Assembly (NCBI GenBank): GCA_028817435.1
Contig: JAPPPQ010000048.1
Location: 679-64,678 of the forward strand
Source: Deltaproteobacteria bacterium
Lineage (GTDB): Bacteria > Myxococcota_A > UBA9160 > UBA6930
Reading direction: 5' to 3'
Length of the DNA stretch: 64,000 nt
Position numbers and translations under genes: made by a program. The notes under the pieces are model-generated. The model saw nothing but the letters and a program-made list of their open reading frames with translations, did no database searches and was not told the DNA's origin. Shown one piece after another: positions 57,313 to 64,000 of this stretch. Positions within the stretch are counted from its first letter, which is position 1; every line of letters starts with the position of its first letter.

Positions 57313-58104
57313 ATGCTGTTGGAAATGGCCGCAAACCGGGGCAAGGAGTTCCGGCTGGGCCGGGGAAACCGGGGCCAGGGCGACGCCCCCGCCCCCCAAT
57401 CCCGGGGGTTCGAGGAAAGGCTGCGGCGGCAGGCGGCCCCCGGCATTATCGCAGAGCTGAAGAGCCGCTCCCCGAGCCAAGGCGCAATCCGGGCGGATCT
57501 CGACCCCGCCGGGCTGGCCCGCAGGCTCGAGTCTTCCGGCGCGGCCGCCCTGTCTGTCATTACGGACGCAAAGTATTTCGGTGGCAGCCTGGAATGGCTG
57601 AGCGCCGCCCGGGAAGCCTGCAGCCTCCCCGTGTTGCGCAAGGATTTCATCGTTGACCCGCACCAGATTGACGAGGCCAAAGCGGCGGGCTCGGACGCAG
57701 TTTTGCTGATTGCGCGGCTTCACCAGGAGCCCGGCACACCGCCGCTGGAAGAGCTGCACCGCAGGGCGCGGGAACTGGAAATGGAAGCCCTGGTGGAAGT
57801 GCGCACCGAACGGGAAATGGCCGAGGCCGCCCGCATCGGGGCTACTTTGATCGGCGTGAACGCGAGAAATCTGGAAGATGTGCGGCAGGCCCCGGATTTG
57901 TCCATATTCGAGCGGCTCGCTCCGCTGGCCCCCCCGGAGGCCCTGCTGGTTGCAGCCAGCGGCCTCCGCTCCGGAGCGGATATTCACCGCATGGCCCGCG
58001 CCGGGGCCGGCGCATTTTTGATTGGCGGGGAAATTATGCAGGCGCGGGAACCGGGCCTGCGGCTCGCCGAACTGATTGCGGAAACGCAAGCGCTTTGCTG
58101 CTGA
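57313..58104 (+). CDS. trpC: Indole-3-glycerol phosphate synthase
   Basis: RBS AAAGGAGG. Motifs IIAELKSRSPSQG, LRKDFIVDPHQIDEAKAAGSDAVLLI and IGVNARNL. Confidence 0.88.
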   Translation: MLLEMAANRGKEFRLGRGNRGQGDAPAPQSRGFEERLRRQAAPGIIAELKSRSPSQGAIRADLDPAGLARRLESSGAAALSVITDAKYFGGSLEWLSAAREACSLPVLRKDFIVDPHQIDEAKAAGSDAVLLIARLHQEPGTPPLEELHRRARELEMEALVEVRTEREMAEAARIGATLIGVNARNLEDVRQAPDLSIFERLAPLAPPEALLVAASGLRSGADIHRMARAGAGAFLIGGEIMQAREPGLRLAELIAETQALCC

Positions 58105-59420
58105 AACCGCCCCGGGGCACGCGGGACTTTTACCCGGAAGATTTGCGCCTGCGGGAATGGCTGTTCGGGCGCTTCCGCGGGGTTTCGCTGCGCTTCGGCT
58201 TCGAGGAGGTGGATGCGCCCGTGGTCGAGACGGCGGAACTGTGCGAGCGCAAGGCGGGGGAGGAGATTGCCGGGCAGGTCTTTTCGATTCTCCCGCCGGG
58301 GCAGCGCGAGGGCCGGGAGCGCTTGGTGCTGCGGCCGGAGTTTACGCCCTCGCTGGCGCGCATGATCTATGCGCGGCGGGGGCAACTGCGGCTGCCGCTG
58401 CGCTGGTTTGCGCTGCCGCAGTGCTGGCGCTACGAGCGGCCGGGCCGGGGACGCCGCCGCGAGCACTATCAGTGGAATATGGATATTTGGGGCGAGCCGG
58501 ATGTGACCGCAGAGGCGGAACTGCTGGCCGCCATTTTCGCCGCGCTGGATGACTTCGGCCTGCCGCCCGGTGCGGTGCGCATGCGCATCAACCACCGCGG
58601 CCTGCTGGACGAAATGCTGCGCGAGCGCTTTTTGCGGGAGCGGCCCGAGGCATTCAAGCCGCTTTGCATTGTGATTGACAAGCTGGAGAAGATTGGACGC
58701 GAAGCGGTGGAAGAGCAGCTTTGCGACCCCGCCGGGCCGCTGGGAGAAGCGAGGCTTTCGCAGCCGGATGCGCAGGAGGTGACCGCCATGCTGGAACTGC
58801 GCGGCATTGAAGAGGTGGCGCGCAGTCTGGGCAAGCGGGCGGAAAATTCTGCCGCGATTGCCGAGCTGCGCCGCCTGTGGGAACTGCTGGACAGCACCGG
58901 GCTGGCCGGGCGGGTGGAATTTGACGGCTCGGTGGTGCGCGGGCTGGCCTACTACACCGGGGTGGTCTTCGAGGCCAGCGATGCCGCGGGGCGCTTCCGG
59001 GCCATTTGCGGCGGCGGGCGCTACGACGGGATGCTGAGCGAGCTGGACCCCGGCGCGGGCAAGGCGGGCGCGAAAGGATTGCCCGCGGTGGGCTTCGGCT
59101 TCGGCGATGCGGTGATTGTGGAACTGCTGCGGGCGGAAAATCTGCTGCCGAGCGCCGCGCGGCGGCTGGATGCGGTGGTGTATCCCATGGGAGAGACAGA
59201 GCGCCCCGCCGCCATGCGCCTGGCGGCGGCATTGCGCGCCCAGGGGCGGGCGGTGGAACTGCTGCTGGGCACGCCGAAGGCCCGGCGCGCCTTTGCCGAC
59301 GCCGACCGGGCCGGGGCGGCGCGGGTGTATTTGATCGGCCCGGACGAGCTGGCCCGCAAGGCCGTGCGCGTAAAGGAACTGGCCAGCGGCGCAGAGCACG
59401 AGGAGCCGCTGCCGGGCTGA
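58095..59420 (+). CDS. hisS: Histidine--tRNA ligase
   Basis: TTG start with a 10-nt overlap with trpC. Motifs KPPRGTRDFYPED, RYERPGRGRRREHYQWN (motif 2 region), GGGRYDGM, and a C-terminal anticodon-binding domain. Confidence 0.9.
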   Translation: MLLKPPRGTRDFYPEDLRLREWLFGRFRGVSLRFGFEEVDAPVVETAELCERKAGEEIAGQVFSILPPGQREGRERLVLRPEFTPSLARMIYARRGQLRLPLRWFALPQCWRYERPGRGRRREHYQWNMDIWGEPDVTAEAELLAAIFAALDDFGLPPGAVRMRINHRGLLDEMLRERFLRERPEAFKPLCIVIDKLEKIGREAVEEQLCDPAGPLGEARLSQPDAQEVTAMLELRGIEEVARSLGKRAENSAAIAELRRLWELLDSTGLAGRVEFDGSVVRGLAYYTGVVFEASDAAGRFRAICGGGRYDGMLSELDPGAGKAGAKGLPAVGFGFGDAVIVELLRAENLLPSAARRLDAVVYPMGETERPAAMRLAAALRAQGRAVELLLGTPKARRAFADADRAGAARVYLIGPDELARKAVRVKELASGAEHEEPLPG

Positions 59421-59451
59421 GCGCGGCGCGGCGCGGGGTTTGCCGCAACGC

Positions 59452-59537
59452 GCGGCGCGGGGGTAGACTGCGCCCATGGGCGGGTGGAGCGCGCGCGAGA
59501 GCCTCGAGCTCTACCAGGTGGCGAGTTGGGGGCGCGG
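59452..59537 (+). repeat. Direct repeat copy 1: the speA upstream ~24 nt (imperfect) plus the first 62 nt of speA (perfect), ending in a truncated 25-codon reading frame
   Basis: 59476-59537 is identical to 61303-61364 (ATGGGCGGGTGGAGCGCGCGCGAGAGCCTCGAGCTCTACCAGGTGGCGAGTTGGGGGCGCGG). The sequences diverge immediately afterwards (TAAGCAGG versus CTACTTCG). Confidence 0.9.
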
Positions 59538-59675
59538 TAAGCAGGGGGGCTAAACTGAGCAACCGGCCGGGCTGTGTAGAAAGCACCCCCGCCAGACCGA
59601 GCAGCGGGCCACCTCCCCTGCCCCCGGCCCGGCCAGAACGAACGACGCCTTCACTTCACAGAAAGGAACCCGACC

Positions 59676-59933
59676 ATGGATTTCGCAGCCACTTGGCAAG
59701 GACGGGGCGGGACCGATTTCCGCGGGCTCATCCAAGCCGGAGCAGAAGCCGAGCCCCAAGTCATCCTGTACCTGACCGATGGCTTCGGCACCCTCCCACA
59801 GGAGGTCCCGAACGTGCCCATCGTCTGGGTGCTGAACCGCCAGTGCTGGACCGGAACCGACGGGACGCTCTACGACTACAACTGCAAGGAACTCCGCCGC
59901 TTCGGGGAAATCACCTCGATGCAAGACCCGTAA
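59676..59933 (+). pseudogene. 85-codon ORF resembling only the C-terminal half of a VWA-like (DUF2201-type) domain. It is probably a gene remnant.
   Basis: GRGGTDFRGLI...VILYLTDGFGTLPQEVPNVPIVWVL matches the distal GGGTDF / TDG / P-x-WVL blocks. The MIDAS DxSGS part is absent. AAAGGA lies 9 nt upstream of the ATG. Confidence 0.4.
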
Positions 59934-60054
59934 ATCCAGACCATCAGCTGCTAGACAACCTTCATTGCAACACCTGTCATCGGACTCTCGCGTATGCACC
60001 TCGGAGTCCCCCGCGGCTTCGAAATCTCCGGGCTGGCCTTCTACGCGCTCGGCC

Positions 60055-60172
60055 ACCGACGCCGATCGGGCTAGGGCGACGCGGGTGTATTTGATTGGCC
60101 CGGAGGAACTGGCCCGCAAGGCGGTGCGGGTAAAGGAGCTGGCAGGCGGCGTAGAGCACGAGGGGCCGCTGG
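60055..60172 (+). pseudogene. Diverged duplicate (~88% identity by eye) of the last ~118 nt of hisS
   Basis: It aligns without gaps to 59295-59412. It translates to DADRARATRVYLIGPEELARKAVRVKELAGGVEHEGPL versus the native DADRAGAARVYLIGPDELARKAVRVKELASGAEHEEPL. The stop codon is not conserved. Confidence 0.8.
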
Positions 60173-60284
60173 GCGGTTTGCAGGGTGGCAGGAGCGTGGT
60201 ATGGTGGCTGGGGGGGGCCGAGAGGGCTGAGTCCAGCGAGGGCCGCAGAGGGCGGCGTGCGGGGCCTCAGGCCGGGAAACCCGC

Positions 60285-60308
60285 GCACACCAGCCCCGCT
60301 TGGTGTGC
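60285..60308. promoter_or_regulatory. Inverted repeat (8-bp arms, 8-nt spacer) 47 nt upstream of the small ORF. It is a candidate operator or stem-loop.
   Basis: GCACACCA-gccccgct-TGGTGTGC. Confidence 0.25.
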
Positions 60309-60355
60309 TGCCCCAGTGGTGCCGGGAAAGCATGGCGCCTCAAGGAGCAACGAAA

Positions 60356-60553
60356 ATGGAAAACAAGGAGAACGCTCCCCTCTGGCACCACCACGGAAAC
60401 GCATCGCCCAACGTGATCCCGGTGGCGGCAGAGCAACTGGCGAGAGGGGAAGACGTCGTGTACGGAGACGGGCGAGGAAACGTCTACCGGAAGACGCCGA
60501 GCGGCGACGTGCGAGTGATCAGGAAGGAAAAGCAGAACGCAATCCCGGCCTGA
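60356..60553 (+). CDS. 65-aa hypothetical protein, candidate antitoxin partner of the downstream kinase
   Basis: AAGGAG lies 8 nt upstream of the ATG. The ORF stops 7 nt before the next ATG. No family was recognised (MENKENAPLWHHHGNASPNV...). Confidence 0.45.
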   Translation: MENKENAPLWHHHGNASPNVIPVAAEQLARGEDVVYGDGRGNVYRKTPSGDVRVIRKEKQNAIPA

Positions 60554-60560
60554 GGATCCC

Positions 60561-61238
60561 ATGAGCACCGAACCGCCCGTGATGATCGCTGTGACCGGAG
60601 CCAACGGGGTCGGGAAAAGCACCCTCGCCGAGAAAATCTCCAAAGAGCGGGGAATGAAATTCATTTGCCCCGACGTGCCACAGGGCGAAAGCCGACATGA
60701 GGAAACGCTGGCTCTCGCAGCACAGCACATCGCCCGGCGGGAAAGCTATGCCCACGACGACGTCTTCCGCAAGACAAAGGTAGAGCAATCCATCCTCAAG
60801 GCCAAAGAGGCAGGATACTGGATTGAGGCGCATATCGTGCTGGTTAGCGGACCGGGAACATCCATTGAACGGGTAAGCATACGAGGAGAAAAGGGCGGCC
60901 ACCTGCATAGCGAGGAATACATCCGGAAGCACTACAGAGAGGCCCTGAGATATGGAAGGCGCATCGCCAGAGAGATTGCAGACGAAGTCCACGTCTACAA
61001 CAACGAAGGACAGGATATCCGGAAGGTCATGATCTCCCGCGACAACCACCTGGAAATCATCGAGAGCGTCCCGCCGTGGATCGAGTCCATCAGGGACGCC
61101 ATAGAGAAAGGAATCCAGCAGCGGAAAAACAGAGAACTCGTAGCGGCAAGGGAACACCGGAAGGCCATGGCGTCCCACAGGCGAAGCCAAGCGGTCCAGA
61201 GCCCCCAGAGGACCCGAGACGACGGGCGAGAACTCTGA
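60561..61238 (+). CDS. Zeta-toxin-like P-loop kinase (COG4185/AAA_33-type)
   Basis: GAGGA lies 4 nt upstream. N-terminal Walker A VMIAVTGANGVGKSTLAEKI. The size (225 aa) and all-alpha/beta pattern resemble zeta/PezT-like kinases. The gene is AT-richer than the flanks. Confidence 0.6.
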   Translation: MSTEPPVMIAVTGANGVGKSTLAEKISKERGMKFICPDVPQGESRHEETLALAAQHIARRESYAHDDVFRKTKVEQSILKAKEAGYWIEAHIVLVSGPGTSIERVSIRGEKGGHLHSEEYIRKHYREALRYGRRIAREIADEVHVYNNEGQDIRKVMISRDNHLEIIESVPPWIESIRDAIEKGIQQRKNRELVAAREHRKAMASHRRSQAVQSPQRTRDDGREL

Positions 61239-61277
61239 AATTTCTCCGACGTCGGCCAAGTCAGAGCGGCGCGCCGC

Positions 61278-61364
61278 TTGCGGCGGGGCTAGACTTTCGC
61301 CCATGGGCGGGTGGAGCGCGCGCGAGAGCCTCGAGCTCTACCAGGTGGCGAGTTGGGGGCGCGG
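61278..61364 (+). repeat. Direct repeat copy 2 (the intact speA start)
   Basis: See copy 1. The perfect part is 61303-61364. Confidence 0.9.
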
Positions 61365-63240
61365 CTACTTCGACATTGACGCAGCCGGGCGGGCGCTGGT
61401 GCGCAAGGCGGCGGGCAGCGAAGACCATGTGGCGCTGCCCGCGCTGATTGCCGATATGCGGGAGCGCGGGCTGCGCACTCCGCTGCTGCTGCGCTTTCCC
61501 GATGTGCTGGCCGGCCGCGTGCAGCGCCTGGCCGAGGCGTTTCGCCAGGCCATGCGCGAATACGAGTATCGCGGCGCGTTTCGCGGCGTGTATCCCATCA
61601 AGGTGAACCAGCAGCGGCAGGTGGTGGAAGAGGTGGTCTCTTGCGGCGCGGCCTTCGGCATTGGCCTGGAAGCCGGCAGCAAGCCGGAACTGCTGATTGC
61701 GCTGGCGCTGCTGGATACGCCCGAGGCGCTGATTATCTGCAACGGCTACAAAGATCTCGCCTACATTGAAACCGCGCTGCTGGCGCAGCGGCTGGGCCGC
61801 ACGCCGGTAATTGTAATTGACCGCATTCAGGAACTGGGCCTGGTGATGAAGGCGGCGGCAGAGCTGGGCATTCGCCCCCACCTGGGCGTGCGCGCGCGGC
61901 TCGCCAGCCGGGGCGCGGGCAAGTGGATCGAGAGCACCGGGGACAAATCCAAGTTTGGCCTGAGCGCGGCGGAAATTGTCGAGGCGGTGGACCAACTGCG
62001 CCGCGAGAATATGCTGGATTGCCTGGAGCTTTTGCATTTTCATATTGGCTCGCAGATTACGAACATTGGCGCGCACAAGGATGCGCTGCGCGAGGCGACG
62101 CGCATTTTTGCCGGCCTGCACGCGCTGGGCGCGCGCCCCCGCATTTTGGATGTGGGCGGCGGGCTGGGCGTGGATTACGACGGCTCGCAGGCCGATTTCC
62201 ACTCTTCTAAAAACTACGGCGTGCAGGAATATGCCAACGGCGTGGTGGCGGCCATTCAAGAGGTTTGCGACGACGCCGGCATTGCGCACCCCGATGTGGT
62301 GACCGAGGCCGGGCGCTGGATGGCGGCGCACCACTCGCTGCTGGTCTTCGATGTGCTGGGCGTGAACGAGGTGCGTCCGGTGCGCGCGCCCAGGCGTCCG
62401 CCCGCGAATTCTCCCCGCGTGCTGAGCGAGTTGTGGGAGGTGTGGGAGAGCATTGCGCAGCCGGGCGGGCGCGGGCGGCGCAGCCGCGCCCGGGCCAATC
62501 AGCTTCTGGAATCGCACCACGACGCCCTGGAACTGAAGGAGAACGCCGGCACGCTCTTCAACATGGGGCAGCTTGATCTGCGCGACCGCGCGCGGGTGGA
62601 GCGCCTGTTCTGGGCCTGCTGCGATGCGATTCAGCGCGCGGCCCGCGCGCTGCCCGATGCGCCGGAGGAACTGCAAGAGCTGGAGCGCGGTTTGGCCGAT
62701 ACCTACTATGTGAATCTGTCGGTGTTTCAGAGCGCGCCGGACCACTGGGCGGTGAAGCAGCTGTTCCCCATCATGCCCATTGAGCGTTTGGACGAAGAGC
62801 CCACCCGGCGCGGCGTGATTGCCGACCTGACATGCGACAGCGACGGCCGCATTGACCAATTCATTGATCAGCACGATGTGAAGAATGTGCTGGAATTGCA
62901 CGCCCCCGACGGCCGCCCCCAGCACCTGGCGATGTTTCTGGTGGGCGCTTACCAGGAGATTTTGGGCGATTTGCACAATCTGTTCGGCGACACCGACGCG
63001 GTGCATGTGCGCATTTGCGGCCCCGGCGATTACGAGGTGGAGAAGGTGGTGGCCGGCGAAGACATCCGCGATGTGCTCGACTATGTGCAGTTTGAGGAAT
63101 CCGCGCTGCGCGAAAAGGTGCGGCGGCTCTCGGAGAACGCGCGGCGGCGGGGGGACATCAGCCTTTCGGAAGCCACGCGGCTGCGCCGCCGCTACGAACA
63201 GGGACTGGCCGAATACACCTATCTGCTGCCGGAATCCTGA
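61303..63240 (+). CDS. speA: Biosynthetic arginine decarboxylase
   Basis: N-terminus YQVASWGRGYFDI, YPIKVNQQRQVVEEV (PLP-Lys region) and LHFHIGSQI. The 645-aa length is typical of SpeA. Confidence 0.9.
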   Translation: MGGWSARESLELYQVASWGRGYFDIDAAGRALVRKAAGSEDHVALPALIADMRERGLRTPLLLRFPDVLAGRVQRLAEAFRQAMREYEYRGAFRGVYPIKVNQQRQVVEEVVSCGAAFGIGLEAGSKPELLIALALLDTPEALIICNGYKDLAYIETALLAQRLGRTPVIVIDRIQELGLVMKAAAELGIRPHLGVRARLASRGAGKWIESTGDKSKFGLSAAEIVEAVDQLRRENMLDCLELLHFHIGSQITNIGAHKDALREATRIFAGLHALGARPRILDVGGGLGVDYDGSQADFHSSKNYGVQEYANGVVAAIQEVCDDAGIAHPDVVTEAGRWMAAHHSLLVFDVLGVNEVRPVRAPRRPPANSPRVLSELWEVWESIAQPGGRGRRSRARANQLLESHHDALELKENAGTLFNMGQLDLRDRARVERLFWACCDAIQRAARALPDAPEELQELERGLADTYYVNLSVFQSAPDHWAVKQLFPIMPIERLDEEPTRRGVIADLTCDSDGRIDQFIDQHDVKNVLELHAPDGRPQHLAMFLVGAYQEILGDLHNLFGDTDAVHVRICGPGDYEVEKVVAGEDIRDVLDYVQFEESALREKVRRLSENARRRGDISLSEATRLRRRYEQGLAEYTYLLPES

Positions 63241-63247
63241 GCGCTCC

Positions 63248-64000
63248 GTGCGCGTTATTTCCTGGAATGTGAACGGCCTGCGCGCCTGCCAGCGGCGCGG
63301 CGCTTTTCTGGATTGGCTCGAAAGCAGCGGCGCGTTTGTGGCGGGGGTGCAAGAGGTGCGCGCGCGCAGCCGCGATTTGCCGCCCGAGCTGGCCGCGCCG
63401 CCGGGCTGGCACACCGCCTTTTGCGAGGCAGAGCGCGCCGGTTACAGCGGCGTGGGACTCTACGCGCGGCGCGCGCCGGACCGCATCGAAACGGCGCTGG
63501 CCGCGCCCGCCCTGGACCGCGAAGGCCGCCTGCAGCTCGCGCACTTTGGCCGCCTGGTGGTGGCGAATGTGTATTTTCCCAACGGCAAGGGCACGGCGCG
63601 CGACAACAGCCGCGTGCCCTACAAACTGCGCTTCTATCGCGCGCTTTTTGCGCGGCTGCGCGCGCTGCGCAGCCAGGGCCGCCGCCTGCTGGTCATGGGC
63701 GATTTCAACACCGCGCACCGCGAAGTGGACCTGGCCCGCCCCCGCGAAAACCGCGGCATCAGCGGCTTTTTGCCGGTGGAGCGCGCAGAGCTGGATCGCT
63801 GGCTGGCGGCGGGCTTTGCCGACACCTTCCGGCGCTTCGAGAGCGGCCCCGGCCATTACTCCTGGTGGAGCCAGCGCAGCGGCGCGCGCGAGCGCAATGT
63901 GGGCTGGCGCATTGACTATGTGCTGGCGTCGCGGGCCGCGCTGCGCTTCGTGCGCGGCGCTTTTATTTCGCAGCAGGTGCGAGGCTCGGACCACGCGCCC
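63248..64000 (+). CDS. xthA: Exodeoxyribonuclease III, 3' end outside the window (not listed in the ORF track)
   Basis: From GTG 63248 the frame is open to the window edge: VRVISWNVNGLRAC...GYSGVGLY...VANVYFPNG...MGDFNTAH...WRIDYVL...GSDHAP (the EEP nuclease motif set). Confidence 0.85.
   Translation, partial: MRVISWNVNGLRACQRRGAFLDWLESSGAFVAGVQEVRARSRDLPPELAAPPGWHTAFCEAERAGYSGVGLYARRAPDRIETALAAPALDREGRLQLAHFGRLVVANVYFPNGKGTARDNSRVPYKLRFYRALFARLRALRSQGRRLLVMGDFNTAHREVDLARPRENRGISGFLPVERAELDRWLAAGFADTFRRFESGPGHYSWWSQRSGARERNVGWRIDYVLASRAALRFVRGAFISQQVRGSDHAP

Larger units (their letters stand above)
59538..61302. mobile_element. ~1.8 kb inserted islet between hisS and speA, with no recognisable integrase or transposase
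   Basis: It is bounded by the 62-bp perfect direct repeat and is visibly lower in GC than its flanks. It contains a diverged hisS 3' fragment, a VWA-like fragment and a small-ORF/zeta-like kinase pair. Confidence 0.55.

Noticed and set aside
57058-58089. The first 344 codons of the listed 7108-aa ORF.
   Set aside because: They run through the AT-richer intergenic region and antisense through a motif-perfect trpC. The real start must lie at or downstream of 57057.
59965-60564. 199-aa plus-strand ORF in the islet, and the antisense ORFs 59550..60119 and 60519..61304.
   Set aside because: The only meaningful part of the first ORF is the hisS 3' remnant, and the rest is Arg/Gly-rich. The antisense ORFs lack motifs and oppose ORFs that have RBSs and a Walker A motif.
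61239-61302. Palindromes CCGACGTCGG and AGCGGCGCGCCGCT after the kinase gene, considered as a terminator or att core.
   Set aside because: No following T-tract, and GC-rich palindromes of this size are common here. They are noted only as possible landmarks of the islet end.

Overview
This is a high-GC (about 70% by eye) chromosomal segment of Gram-negative type. It has an outer-membrane beta-barrel gene and a type-A RNase P RNA. The taxon cannot be determined from the sequence alone. Layout: (1) 1-15.6 kb holds a tightly packed dcw division/cell-wall cluster, ftsI-murE-murF-mraY-murD-ftsW-murG/murC-murB-ftsQ-ftsA-ftsZ, with 1-4 nt start/stop overlaps. murG and murC share one frame with no stop codon between them, and FtsI ends in a PASTA-like domain. 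(2) 15.6-23.0 kb holds a crotonase gene, then a minus-strand run qor-ndk-methyltransferase-two tandem GT-C-like membrane paralogues-GT2. The sugar-modification genes look visibly more AT-rich, which suggests an accessory block. (3) 23.0-36.1 kb holds rnpB and housekeeping genes: argA-like, crotonase, SLC13 permease, HAL2-type nucleotidase, leuCD, epimerase, DUF1499, DUF482, clpS-clpA. (4) 36.2-57.1 kb holds a frameshifted DUF3800 gene and one ~20.3 kb gene. That gene encodes a giant protein with dozens of Calx-beta-like repeats and a C-terminal autotransporter-type beta-barrel, and is the most unusual object in the window. (5) 57.3-64 kb holds trpC, hisS, a ~1.8 kb lower-GC islet, then speA and a 3'-truncated xthA. 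The islet is bounded by a perfect 62-bp duplication of the speA 5' end. It carries a diverged copy of the hisS 3' end, a VWA-like gene fragment and a small-ORF/zeta-like-kinase pair (candidate toxin-antitoxin). No tRNA, rRNA, CRISPR array, transposase or integrase was recognised. All family assignments rest on motif reading only, since no searches could be run.
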